Source: Promethearchaeum syntrophicum (GTDB taxonomy: Archaea; Asgardarchaeota; Lokiarchaeia; Sigyniarchaeales; Promethearchaeaceae). From it: a stretch of DNA of 32,000 bases. Every line of letters starts with the position of its first letter. Positions within the stretch are counted from its first letter, which is position 1. Under the pieces are notes generated by a model. That model made no database searches. It was given only the letters and a program-made list of their open reading frames with translations, and was not told where the DNA came from. The translations under genes were made by a program, and so were the position numbers. Of the stretch, positions 1 through 10,271 are shown in pieces. The stretch spans positions 2,910,001-2,942,000 of the forward strand of contig NZ_CP042905.2 of the NCBI RefSeq assembly GCF_008000775.2, read 5' to 3'.

Positions 1-939
1 AACTAATTCTAGTGCTTCTCTTATAGTTTTTTTGGCTTTTTGAAATTGACCCTGTACTAACCAATAATTTGCTAGAGTTTGTAAAGCTAATATTTTTCCT
101 TGAGGATCATAAAAATCTTCATATATTTCAAAAGCGGAGTTCAACATCTGATATGCTTTTTTTAATTCACCCAGATCAATCCAATAATTTGCATAACTTA
201 CACTCATGGATGCAATATTTGCTACATAATTCAATTTTTTCGCTAATTCTAACCCTTCTTCTAAATGTTTGAAACCTGTGGTATATTCACCCATAAGCCT
301 CAGTGCATCAGATATGTTACTTTGAAAAGAACATACTCCCCGATAAAAATTCAATTTTTTCGCTTTTTCAATACTTAATCTTGAAAATTTGACAGATTTT
401 TCCATTTCTCCTCTTAATAAATAAATTAAAGCACTATTTCCAAGAGCCATTGTATACATTATGGTTTCCTTATTCTTGGTAAGTCTCATTGTATTCTTGT
501 AACGTTCCAAACTTTTAACAAATTCACCCTTTGCAAAATAAAGGCTTCCAAGACAGTTGTTAGCTTGAGCTTCTTTTTCAGGTAAAGATAATTTCTTAAA
601 AATCTCTATTGCTTGCGTACAATTCGAAATTCCTTCACCTAAATTGCTTGAATAAATATTACAAATTCCTTTTCCAAGCATTGCCTCAGCGATTTCTCTT
701 TGAAAATTATGGACACTGGCTTTTTTCAAAACTTCCTCATAAAGTTTAAGAGATTCATTGATTTTAGTTTGTGAAAAAAGTGAATATGCAAGAGAAATTT
801 TGATTTGAAGATCTTCTCGATTACTGTTATCCTTTGCTAGAAGCTCACGTAAAGTGATTTCACTTTGTTGTGGATTGCTGACTACTAATTCCCTTGCTTT
901 TTCCAATTCAATTGAGAGTTTCTTTTGTTTTTCTGGCAA
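1..939 (-). CDS. TPR-repeat protein, C-terminus runs off the window edge
   Basis: Not in the ORF track. Manual reverse-strand reading (TTG or ATT start near 939-942) gives LPEKQKKLSIELEKARELVVSNPQQSEITLRELLAKDNSNREDLQIKISLAYSLFSQTKINESLKLYEEVLKKA... and ends ...ANYWLVQGQFQKAKKTIREALELV. The helical repeats look like TPR units. The frame is the same at both ends. Confidence 0.75.
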   Translation of the reverse strand, partial: MPEKQKKLSIELEKARELVVSNPQQSEITLRELLAKDNSNREDLQIKISLAYSLFSQTKINESLKLYEEVLKKASVHNFQREIAEAMLGKGICNIYSSNLGEGISNCTQAIEIFKKLSLPEKEAQANNCLGSLYFAKGEFVKSLERYKNTMRLTKNKETIMYTMALGNSALIYLLRGEMEKSVKFSRLSIEKAKKLNFYRGVCSFQSNISDALRLMGEYTTGFKHLEEGLELAKKLNYVANIASMSVSYANYWIDLGELKKAYQMLNSAFEIYEDFYDPQGKILALQTLANYWLVQGQFQKAKKTIREALELV

Positions 940-1255
940 AATGAACCTACCTAGTGTGGTTTAAGGGGGAGAATCCTTTCAAAGAGAAAGTTGTAATTTC
1001 TCTCAAAATATTCAGTTTTGATTTATTCGTGAATATCATAAAGAGAATTATAGAACAATCAATGCTATTATCGTAATCAAACCTAAAAATTCTACTTTTT
1101 GAAATGAAATTAAGTGGTTTCAAATAATCTGGAAAGTTTTAAACCTAAAACAACACATTGTGAAATTGGCCGAAAATAATCCTTCACTAACATTCGTAAA
1201 TATATTTAAAAAATCTCTTTAATTTTAGTCATGCGTAGAGAATTTGATGTAAACC

Positions 1256-2479
1256 TTAAAGAAAAGCAATTAATAATGCTATGATTGTAATTAAACTTAA
1301 AAATCCTAAACCCAAATAAGAAAACAGGAAGTTCTTAAAATATTTTATTTTGAACTCTATGGCTTCATAAGGGCATAATTCAGCACAGCAATAACATGAA
1401 ATGCATTTTTCTTTATCCCAAATTGGAATAAATTCTCCAATTTTTAATTTCTCAGGAGATGCTAAAGCATCCACTGGACAATTTTTCCAGCAAGTCCCAC
1501 ATAATTGACATTTTTCAACATCTATCTTAATTGTTGATTTGAAAATTTTATCACCAATATATTCAGCTATTTGTCGAGGTAATCGAAGACTAATTGGCAT
1601 AACTCTAGGAAGTTTGAAAGGACGGAAAACAGATTCAATGGTTTGACCTACAATTTTAAATTCATCTAAATCTGAACTCCCAATTCCTTTGGCTACTCCC
1701 TTTTTAATATATTTAACTTTAGCTGGATCTAATCCTATAATTTTACAAACTAAAGTATCCATAGCGACTCCATCATATCCTGCAACAATGATTTTCAAAT
1801 CGTCTACTACATCACCTGCACCAGGCCCATTTCCTTCCATAGCCAAAAATCCATCAATAACAGTTAATTGAGGTTTTGAAACGGAATAAATATCCACTAA
1901 AGCAGAGGCAAATTGGTCAATTGCCGGAAACCGAGCATGTTTTTCTGCCTTTTTAGTCAATATTATTGTTCCAAACATATTTTTAATACAGCAAGTAAGA
2001 GTACATTGAGAATGAGTTTTTATTTTTGGAAGATTAATTATTAAATCAACCTCTTCTAAAAGTTTTGTACTCGCGATTTCGTTTAAAATTAATGGGTTGG
2101 GCACGGGATAGATTTTACGTTCTGTTTTTTCAAATGCTATTGCAATTGCGTCTTCTTCATCGCAAACTGCTTGAATACCGCAGGTTTTAAGTGCTACAGC
2201 TGTAGAATTGAGGGAACTTCCTCCTGAAGAATCTCCCACATATATTTTGGAAGGATTAAATTGCTTTAACCAATGAATTACTGCTCGAACAACTAAAGGA
2301 TGGGTTGTAACAGCTCTCTCAGGAGGTTTTGCACTTAATAGATTTGCTTTTAGTAGAATTTTCATACCTTCTTGTTTCATTAGTGATTTTGCTTTTATTG
2401 CATTTAATGCATCGAAAACTGCTTTTTCGACATTATCTTCAACGATCTTTTGAATTGTAATTATTTTTTGTAAGGACAT
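1256..2479 (-). CDS. DUF362 domain protein with two 4Fe-4S ferredoxin motifs and a C-terminal transmembrane helix
   Basis: DUF362-like motifs (VYVGDSSGGS-like, LINLPKIKTHSQCTLTCCIKNMFG), ferredoxin motifs CQLCGTCWKNCP and CISCYCCAELCP, hydrophobic C-terminus. Confidence 0.85.
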   Translation of the reverse strand: MSLQKIITIQKIVEDNVEKAVFDALNAIKAKSLMKQEGMKILLKANLLSAKPPERAVTTHPLVVRAVIHWLKQFNPSKIYVGDSSGGSSLNSTAVALKTCGIQAVCDEEDAIAIAFEKTERKIYPVPNPLILNEIASTKLLEEVDLIINLPKIKTHSQCTLTCCIKNMFGTIILTKKAEKHARFPAIDQFASALVDIYSVSKPQLTVIDGFLAMEGNGPGAGDVVDDLKIIVAGYDGVAMDTLVCKIIGLDPAKVKYIKKGVAKGIGSSDLDEFKIVGQTIESVFRPFKLPRVMPISLRLPRQIAEYIGDKIFKSTIKIDVEKCQLCGTCWKNCPVDALASPEKLKIGEFIPIWDKEKCISCYCCAELCPYEAIEFKIKYFKNFLFSYLGLGFLSLITIIALLIAFL

Positions 2480-2560
2480 GCTATTTTCAACTTATTTTTA
2501 TTTAATAATAGAAGTAAAAAAAAGAAGAATAAAAAAATATTCATTATATATTTTAGATTT

Positions 2561-5500
2561 TCAATCTTTTTTTGGTTTTTTTGATTTTTTCTTAGGTAAT
2601 TCTTTAATCTTTGGTTTTCTTAGATATCTAATTTTCTTAGGTTTTTGATCCTTTGAAATTGGTTGAAGATCGCCATTTTCGATATCATTAGGTTTTACAA
2701 ATTGATCAGGTTTTAGTTTCTCAATTTTCTGGATTGGTCCTACCTTTTTAGGTTGTTCAGCTTTAGGTAATTCCAAATTTTCCTCTAAACTTGATAGTTT
2801 TCCTTCGATATCAAGTTTCTTTTCTACCTTCGGAATTTTAGGAGTTTTCTTTTGTGATTCTTTTATTGGGGGTTTTTCACCACTAAAATTCTTCTTTACA
2901 TCTCCCTTAGTTATTGATTTTTGATCACTTATGGGAATATGATGAACTTTCAATAATGATTTGTTTCTTGAAGGTAAGGTACCTTTCGTTCTTATTTTAT
3001 AATCTTCAATAAATAATTCATCAGCATTCTTCACGGAAAGTACTTTTTCAGCTCCCTTTCCTTTGGATATTGCTTTATTTAAACTTCTAATTTCTCGAAT
3101 TATTTTTGGATATTTAAAGTGCTGTTGATATGCTATAAACATACCTATCAACCCAACCATTAAAACTCCCATGATATAGAGGAGAAATGCAGGTATTCCT
3201 CCTTCTTGGGGGGCAATCACATTTAAAGTCATTTGAAATTTCTGAAAATTATAATTTCCCCCTTCCTTATAGACAAAAATATCAATTGTATAAATTCCTT
3301 CTTGAATATTTCTCAAATTTGTCGAATATTCACCAGGATTAGATTCTTCCATTTCACCTTCACCATATTTCCATGTGAACGTAACCTCACAACCTTCTAC
3401 ATATCCCCCATAATCTAAATCTTCGATGAATATCGTAGGATCAAAATTTCTTCCCGGTAAAATAGTAAAACTATTATTTTGATTAATTGAGGTGATATTG
3501 GTTTCAATTTGTCGAATTTTTATTTCATTTAATATGGTTTTTTGCTCAAACCCATATTTACTAGCAGTGATTTCTATTGAATAAATTTGATTCACACCAG
3601 TATTGGTATTATTGCAATGAATTTGATAATCCCCATTATTAATTTCATTAACGATGAAATTATCTTCCCAAGTTACGTCAATATTACAACCAGTTATTCC
3701 TAGTCCTGAAGTTTCTTCTTTAAAATTTAGATTTATAATAAAACTCTGATTCAGTGCTACAGTTAATCTGGGAAATTCTTCAACATCCAATATTGTCTTC
3801 AATTCAACTTCAACAACAATATTACTTGATGTACTTGCATAAAGAGGATGACTAGCTTCAATATTTAATGTATTATTTCCAGGATTTATGGAAGGTGCTG
3901 TGAGTTCTGTGAAATAATATCCCGGAGCAATTTCATTCAATGTTTGTAAACCATTTGTCAAATTCAAGAATGTCAAAGTTGCCGATTCAATAGCTTCTCC
4001 GGAAACAATATCAAAGAAATTAATTCGTAAAGATGTTGTAGATCCCTCAATAAAATGGTCGATAAAATCATCATCAGGAATTAAAATGGAATAGTGTTTA
4101 ATAGTTATGTGTGTATAGGCCATGCCAGTTTCATTAATTGGGTTGATACCATCAGTGTTATTCCACGAAACAAAGACATCATAATCGCCCACAATATAGT
4201 CTGGACCATTTTCAGGAATTTGAATTGGACTAAACTGAATTGTTCCATCAGCTAATACAGCAATTTCTTCTGATTTAGAAATCCATTTAGTTCCGTTTGG
4301 GAAAAATATATCAAGGTTTGCATGGGTGCTGGATAAATCAGTAAAATTGACTCCTGAAGTTTTAACTTGAGCAGTGATGTTTAGGTATTCGCCAGAGAAG
4401 TAAGTGTTATTCACGCTCCAATCACTTGGACCGGGAGTACCTGTTGTATTTTTTGATGTAACAAGATTTTGGATATAATTTGGAGATTGTGCATTGAATT
4501 TCCAAAAACCATCTGGTGTTGCTGAAAGATTGTTTACGGGGATTATTAATTGACCAGGTTTAGAAATATCACACTCTGTGATATTATTATCTGTTGGTAA
4601 TTGCGGTGTCGAAACCCAAGTAATTGTCCAATCACTTGGAAAATAAAGTGTAAAATTTTCTTCAGCATACCCAGTCGGAACTGAAAAATACGAATAAAAT
4701 TCCCAATTTGCGTCTGAAGCATTTGCAATGGAAAAAGATGTACCAGGTGATCCAGAATTTGTTTCATAATTTGTTGTAGGACTTGTTTTTTGGGCATATA
4801 AATTAAAATCAGAATTAAAATCAACTGTGTAATCGTAATATGGACTATCATCTGCAGTAAAATTAGCATAAACTGGTGTTGTGGTCCAGCTACTAAGTTG
4901 TGATATTGTTCCCACACCAAAATCAGAGGATAAAATAGAATTTGTGTTCATTTTCAATCCAATTTGTTCAGCTTTTACAGAAGCTTTTACTTCTAATTCA
5001 ATATTTGCTAAAAATACTTGTTGGTGCGAGATATGTGTAAAACCATCTGAGTAACTAGCATCTGTCGCAATATATTGTAATCTTACTGCAATTGAATGAC
5101 TCGTTTCATTAAGTTGAGAAGTAAAAACATTAGTTGTATTTACCCAAATCCCCATTGGAATACTAAAATCATGCCATAGGGATTCTCCATAATTTTTCAA
5201 TGAATAAGTCCCAATAGAATAAATCATAACCGTATCGACATAAAATCTGATTTCCCAAGAATTAAAATTAGCTAAATAATTTGGATTTGCTTGAAAATTT
5301 AAATTTGAATCTTCTATTTGACCTCTATCAATATTAAAAGTGGAATTCCATTGACAGTAGTCTCCTTCATGATAGGAATAATAACCCGCCAACTGTGCAG
5401 CATTACCTTCCATGACTAACTCCAACGCATCTCTTCCTGTCGATGATGCTGAATCATAATAATTTCCAGACATCAAATTAGCAGTTCCGGTATCAATATC

Positions 5501-5998
5501 TGAAAATGTCCAATTTTGGAAAGAATTCTGAATATCCACACTATCATCTTCAGTGAATAGATAGGTTCCGTCATCGTTCCCATAATTAAATGTCCCATTT
5601 ACCCAATTTCTGGTGTCTCTTAAATTAGTAATATCAGAATTTAATTTAGTACCTTCCCAATTTTCACCTAATGGTATTTGGTGCGATGCTTGACTCCCAT
5701 TTGTGAATGTTAAATCTATATCTGAATCAGTTCGGTTAGCATTATGTAGTAAATCCAATGATTGCCCGATTCCAGTATATTCATCAACTAAAATATCCGA
5801 GGAAACTGGAGAATCAATAATTTGAACGTTTTTGCTGATATCGTTTGAATCTGATTTTTTCTCAAAAGAATTGGACAAATTATCAACTTTAAAAACTAAG
5901 AAAAAAAATAAAAACCCTACAATAATTAAAGTTTTTAATTTTCTCTCAGTCTTTCCTTTCGACTTAATTTTTCTATTTCTTACATTTATCTTGTTCAT
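2561..5998 (-). CDS. Surface protein A1: N-terminal signal anchor, Ig-like extracellular region, C-terminal TM, basic disordered cytoplasmic tail
   Basis: 1145 aa; N-terminal hydrophobic segment (LKTLIIVGFLFFFLVF), many N-x-S/T sequons, beta-rich repeats, C-terminal TM (AFLLYIMGVLMVGLIGMFIAY) followed by a Lys/Pro-rich tail. Confidence 0.8.
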   Translation of the reverse strand: MNKINVRNRKIKSKGKTERKLKTLIIVGFLFFFLVFKVDNLSNSFEKKSDSNDISKNVQIIDSPVSSDILVDEYTGIGQSLDLLHNANRTDSDIDLTFTNGSQASHQIPLGENWEGTKLNSDITNLRDTRNWVNGTFNYGNDDGTYLFTEDDSVDIQNSFQNWTFSDIDTGTANLMSGNYYDSASSTGRDALELVMEGNAAQLAGYYSYHEGDYCQWNSTFNIDRGQIEDSNLNFQANPNYLANFNSWEIRFYVDTVMIYSIGTYSLKNYGESLWHDFSIPMGIWVNTTNVFTSQLNETSHSIAVRLQYIATDASYSDGFTHISHQQVFLANIELEVKASVKAEQIGLKMNTNSILSSDFGVGTISQLSSWTTTPVYANFTADDSPYYDYTVDFNSDFNLYAQKTSPTTNYETNSGSPGTSFSIANASDANWEFYSYFSVPTGYAEENFTLYFPSDWTITWVSTPQLPTDNNITECDISKPGQLIIPVNNLSATPDGFWKFNAQSPNYIQNLVTSKNTTGTPGPSDWSVNNTYFSGEYLNITAQVKTSGVNFTDLSSTHANLDIFFPNGTKWISKSEEIAVLADGTIQFSPIQIPENGPDYIVGDYDVFVSWNNTDGINPINETGMAYTHITIKHYSILIPDDDFIDHFIEGSTTSLRINFFDIVSGEAIESATLTFLNLTNGLQTLNEIAPGYYFTELTAPSINPGNNTLNIEASHPLYASTSSNIVVEVELKTILDVEEFPRLTVALNQSFIINLNFKEETSGLGITGCNIDVTWEDNFIVNEINNGDYQIHCNNTNTGVNQIYSIEITASKYGFEQKTILNEIKIRQIETNITSINQNNSFTILPGRNFDPTIFIEDLDYGGYVEGCEVTFTWKYGEGEMEESNPGEYSTNLRNIQEGIYTIDIFVYKEGGNYNFQKFQMTLNVIAPQEGGIPAFLLYIMGVLMVGLIGMFIAYQQHFKYPKIIREIRSLNKAISKGKGAEKVLSVKNADELFIEDYKIRTKGTLPSRNKSLLKVHHIPISDQKSITKGDVKKNFSGEKPPIKESQKKTPKIPKVEKKLDIEGKLSSLEENLELPKAEQPKKVGPIQKIEKLKPDQFVKPNDIENGDLQPISKDQKPKKIRYLRKPKIKELPKKKSKKPKKD

Positions 5999-8046
5999 TT
6001 TTCATCAGTTTTATTTTTTGGTAAATCTTCAACTTTTGGTTTTCTTAGATATCTAATTTTTTTTGGTTTTTGTCTCATTGATATGGGATTAAGATCACTT
6101 TCTTCGATATTATGAGGCTTTACAAATTGATCGGGTTTTAATTTCTCAATTTTTTGGGTTATTATTACTTTTTTGGGCAGTTCAGCTTTAGGTAATTCCA
6201 AATTTTCCTCTAAGCTCGATGGTTTTTTAGAAATTTCTGGTATTTTTACCTCTTTTGATATTTTAGGAGTGATTATTTCTTTTTCTTTTAAAAGTGCTTC
6301 TTCAACTTTTAACTCTTTTTTAACATCTCCCTTAGTTATTGACTTCTGAACACTTTCTCGAACCCCACGACCTTTCAAATTTGTTTCATTTATTGAAGTC
6401 ACGGATCCTTTTGCTTTGGCAATATAATCCTGAACAAATAAATCATCAGATATTTTCACAGATAACACTTTTTCAGCCGCTTTTCCTTTACGTATAGCTT
6501 TTCCTAAACTTCTAATTTCTCGAATAATTTTTGGGTATTTGAAGTATTGTTGATAGGCAACAAATGAGGTAATTAATCCAACAATAATAAAACCCATAAT
6601 ATAAAAGACGAAATCTGGAATCGATTCCAAAACCGTTGGAATAGGAATATTTCGCTCTACCACTGTAAAAGATGTTGTTAAATTGACATTATCAAACGTT
6701 ACTGTTACATTTTCATTTAAATGAAAATTATCGGCAACAAATAATTGTAACTTCAGTGTTATATTTTCAGTTTCATCTATAAGAGTGGGAGATATGTCAA
6801 AATTTTCACGCTGGAAGGTTGAAGAGAATTCAGTTAATTTAATTGTTTTAGAAAGCAGAACTTGATTAACATAAACTCTGATTTCGGAATTTATAGATGA
6901 AGTAGGCCATAATGGAGAAATTTTATAGTCAAAATAAAGAGAAGCATTATTTATAATAAAAAATCCAACATCACCCAATTCATATTCACCGTTATCAATT
7001 TTATTACCTGTTTGATCCCATGATGCCGATGTTAATTGATCAATTTTCTTTTCATATGTAAATGTAAAATTTACATTTTTTATCCGTAGGTTATTCCAAT
7101 AATCATAATCGGTACCAGCATTATCTTCACAGAATATATCCATACCTAAAATAACAGTAAAGTTCTCCCAATCATGAGAAAAAACTGAAGATAAATAAAA
7201 TTTAATGTTATCTTCTAAAACCATGTTCATATATTTTTCAATTTCAAGAGTGTTGGTTACTGCATCAACATAATATCCCAATTCAGATGATTGGTAATAT
7301 GCAATTTCATAGATATTCTCTAATAATGGATCTGCAATTGATACATAAAACCTAACATGATCGTACACAAATCCTTGAGTGGTTTGAGTTTCCCCAGAAT
7401 ACACATTCGGATCAACATCAATATTAGAATTAACACTTGCATTAATTAATGCACTAACATTAGCAGATGTAATTTGATAATCCGACATATTATTAGGCAT
7501 TGTAAAATTTTGAACCCAAAGAACACTAGGTAATTGTCTAGGCCCTTCTCGCCAACTATGATTTGCCCAACACCCAAATTCATCCATTCCATAAGAATCT
7601 TGCAGAGAATTATATGGCCATTCTGGATAGGCAGGAAAAGCAGGATTATGGATTGCAGTCCAATTTGTACTATCTGGGATTCCACTTACATTTGAAAATT
7701 CGTAATTTTCTCCTATAACTATATTATTAGCTTGATCATTTTCTAAATATTGGTTGATATCTGAGACATCTCCGTCTTCTTCCATGATCCATGGAGAATA
7801 AGAAGGTTCAAAACTAAAATTAGGATCCATAACCATAAGTTTAGAGAAATCTGTTCTATTTTCTATGTAAGAATCCGCAGGTGTTTCAATTTCTAAAGCT
7901 TTTGAATTTCCTATAAAATTTGGGAGAATGATTAAACTAATAAGAATTCCTGATACAAAAATATAAAGAAGTAAGTGGTTTTTTAATTTTTTATTTTTCA
8001 AAATGCTTCCCCCCATTCTTATTGCTCTAAAACATTCTCTCTCCAA
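5995..8046 (-). CDS. Surface protein A2: paralogous to A1 in its TM and cytoplasmic tail
   Basis: 683 aa; signal-like N-terminus, Asn/Thr-rich extracellular region, TM FVFYIMGFIIVGLITSFVAY, tail nearly co-linear with A1 (YFKYPKIIREIRSLGKAIRKGK; QKSITKGDVKK; KPKKIRYLRKPK). The exact start codon is uncertain. Confidence 0.8.
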   Translation of the reverse strand: MERECFRAIRMGGSILKNKKLKNHLLLYIFVSGILISLIILPNFIGNSKALEIETPADSYIENRTDFSKLMVMDPNFSFEPSYSPWIMEEDGDVSDINQYLENDQANNIVIGENYEFSNVSGIPDSTNWTAIHNPAFPAYPEWPYNSLQDSYGMDEFGCWANHSWREGPRQLPSVLWVQNFTMPNNMSDYQITSANVSALINASVNSNIDVDPNVYSGETQTTQGFVYDHVRFYVSIADPLLENIYEIAYYQSSELGYYVDAVTNTLEIEKYMNMVLEDNIKFYLSSVFSHDWENFTVILGMDIFCEDNAGTDYDYWNNLRIKNVNFTFTYEKKIDQLTSASWDQTGNKIDNGEYELGDVGFFIINNASLYFDYKISPLWPTSSINSEIRVYVNQVLLSKTIKLTEFSSTFQRENFDISPTLIDETENITLKLQLFVADNFHLNENVTVTFDNVNLTTSFTVVERNIPIPTVLESIPDFVFYIMGFIIVGLITSFVAYQQYFKYPKIIREIRSLGKAIRKGKAAEKVLSVKISDDLFVQDYIAKAKGSVTSINETNLKGRGVRESVQKSITKGDVKKELKVEEALLKEKEIITPKISKEVKIPEISKKPSSLEENLELPKAELPKKVIITQKIEKLKPDQFVKPHNIEESDLNPISMRQKPKKIRYLRKPKVEDLPKNKTDEK

Positions 8047-10271
8047 ATTTTTAATCTCTTTGATAATATTTTCCTCTTGAAATCATCCATAAAGGGTTTA
8101 CCATGCAAATCATTTATCCAATTTGTTATATCTGATTCAGTTCGAGCAATATTGAGCTTTTTACTAATTAAAGTTTTGATATCCTCCAAACCACTAACAA
8201 GCGTTTTAGGATCACTAACATCTATCGATTTAGATATTTCTTCAATTTTATCAATTATATCCTGTACATCTCCAGAATCATGTTTCGGTGATTCTTTTTT
8301 AACCTTTTTCTCCTCAACAACCTTAAGTGGTTCTTTACTTTGAGAAGGAGTAGGTATAATTGAGGTATCTTTTTTCAATGCGGGACTGAAAGGATCAATT
8401 ACTACAGGTTTGTGTTTTTCTATGGGTTTTTGCCTATCTGCCTGTTTTTGCAAAGAACTTATTGCTTGTGCCCCCAAACCCCCTTTACTTGGCTCACTAG
8501 GTTTTTTCTTGGGTTCCACTGGAATTAAGCGGGGTTGTTCTGATTTTTTAATTGGCTCTTGTTTAATTGGTTTCTTTATAATATCCTTATGGGCACCCAT
8601 CCAAGCGTCTTCTAGGATAGGGACGAAAATTTTAATATGTTCAGTTAAAATACTCCCGATTCCTGCAACTTCCATTTTAAATCCAGATATTCCTCTATTT
8701 ATCTTTATAATACTCAAAATTATCTCTTCATAATCTCTACTTACTCCCCAAAGATTTTGAAGCTTCCGATCTCTGTACGTAATATTATCCACTGAATCAA
8801 AGAATGCCATTTTTTGTTGATGAATAGGATCATCCGGATAAATAGAGCAGCATAATCTGATATTTATATGGTTTCGGACGTGCTTTAGAGGTTCAATATC
8901 AATATCGGAAAGCGTTGGTGCTACAATTAATATCCGCATTTTGGCTCTTGATATTGCATCATTAATTTGAGCCTGCATTCCTTCGGGAGTTTTTATAAAC
9001 CACACATCTTGCATGGTGAAATTAACTACCCGTTTCGATTCATCCCAAAATTCATCAATAGTCGCCGTGCTTAGATCTAATTGCTTTACAATTTTTCCTA
9101 AAATATCATCTAAGGTTATAACTACCTCATCTGAAAATGTGCTTCGTAAATCACCAAATGATTCATTTACTGTATTCGATATGTTCACAATTCTATCTTG
9201 CGTTTGAGTTAAAGTTGCATCAAATTGAGTAATGATAGAATCAAAAGATGTATGTAATTTATCTCCAATTGAATCCGCGTTAGAGGTAATTTCGGTAATA
9301 TCTTCAAGCAAGGTATCCATAATATTTCTAAACTTAGATTCAAATTCTGCTTGAAGTTCACTCCTTATGATTTCCATTTGATTATCAATATTCTTTTGAA
9401 CGACATCTTCTACTGTTTTTATTACAACACCAAGATGCAATTTTTCAAGATTAGTTGTGATTTTCTTAGAGACGATTTCAAATTGATTAAATAAATTTAC
9501 AAAATGTATATCTAGGAGAGAAATACTCTGATCACGCAAATCTTTAATACCCATAATCACTTTTTGTTGTTCCATTAGATTATGTAAACTATTATCAAGC
9601 ACTGTTCTTTGAGAGGATAATTGTTTGGAAACATCTGTTTTCATTTGATTTAAGTAGTCTATAAATTCGCTAAGAGTTTTAGCACCCTTACTACTTTCTT
9701 CAAAGGACATAAAAGAAGTTTGAAGGTCAGTCGGAGTAGACATCTTCATTGCAGCGATCATATTTCTAAATTTATCCAATTGGGCCATAAGGGCAGCGTA
9801 AGGAGGTAATGCTTGAAAATAAACAGTAGATCCCGGAATTTCTTTAAATAATCCTTTTTTTACGAATTTATCAGTAATTATTTTTATTTGTTCTATAGGG
9901 TGATTTGCGAGTATAGATAATTCTCCTAAAGACATCGGACCTTTTCCACTGGCCATAAAATAGAGTTGGATTTCTTCTTCACTTAATTCTATGCTCTTTA
10001 AAACTTCTTGGGTGAATTTCGTTGATTTTGGTTTAGTATCCGATTTCACTTCTTCTATTTCGAAAGAATCGACATTAAAACCTTTATTTATCGAAATGGT
10101 TAATTTATGGGCAGGCATGCCATGAATGTTTTCTAATTTTACTGGAAATTGAGCGTGTTCCATTGCTTTTCTATCTATTGGAAAAATTATATCTTTTAAG
10201 CAATGTTTACATCGAAAAGTAATTTCTTTCGGAATTTTGTGGATGTTCATATAATTCACCTTATACTCCAA
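8019..10271 (-). CDS. Cytosolic multidomain protein: putative Zn-binding N-terminus, winged helix, long coiled coil, TrmB-like C-terminal domain, disordered tail
   Basis: CKHC plus HGMPAHK near the N-terminus; LSEEEIQLYFMASGKGPMSLGELSILANHPIEQIKIITDKFVKKGLFKEI resembles a TrmB-type wHTH; about 250 aa coiled coil; VWFIKTPEGMQAQINDAISRAKMRILIVAPTL resembles the TrmB/PLD-like effector domain. Confidence 0.7.
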   Translation of the reverse strand: MEYKVNYMNIHKIPKEITFRCKHCLKDIIFPIDRKAMEHAQFPVKLENIHGMPAHKLTISINKGFNVDSFEIEEVKSDTKPKSTKFTQEVLKSIELSEEEIQLYFMASGKGPMSLGELSILANHPIEQIKIITDKFVKKGLFKEIPGSTVYFQALPPYAALMAQLDKFRNMIAAMKMSTPTDLQTSFMSFEESSKGAKTLSEFIDYLNQMKTDVSKQLSSQRTVLDNSLHNLMEQQKVIMGIKDLRDQSISLLDIHFVNLFNQFEIVSKKITTNLEKLHLGVVIKTVEDVVQKNIDNQMEIIRSELQAEFESKFRNIMDTLLEDITEITSNADSIGDKLHTSFDSIITQFDATLTQTQDRIVNISNTVNESFGDLRSTFSDEVVITLDDILGKIVKQLDLSTATIDEFWDESKRVVNFTMQDVWFIKTPEGMQAQINDAISRAKMRILIVAPTLSDIDIEPLKHVRNHINIRLCCSIYPDDPIHQQKMAFFDSVDNITYRDRKLQNLWGVSRDYEEIILSIIKINRGISGFKMEVAGIGSILTEHIKIFVPILEDAWMGAHKDIIKKPIKQEPIKKSEQPRLIPVEPKKKPSEPSKGGLGAQAISSLQKQADRQKPIEKHKPVVIDPFSPALKKDTSIIPTPSQSKEPLKVVEEKKVKKESPKHDSGDVQDIIDKIEEISKSIDVSDPKTLVSGLEDIKTLISKKLNIARTESDITNWINDLHGKPFMDDFKRKILSKRLKIWRENVLEQ

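Noticed and set aside
69-272. 67 aa plus-strand ORF at the window start
   Set aside because: Antisense to the TPR-protein reading frame, which is better supported.
4546-4920. 124 aa ORF inside the 1145 aa surface protein gene
   Set aside because: Low-complexity translation overlapping a strongly supported long CDS.
8019-10271. Chemoreceptor (MCP) signalling protein
   Set aside because: Long coiled coil is present but no MCP hairpin-tip consensus, no TM, and no che genes in the window.
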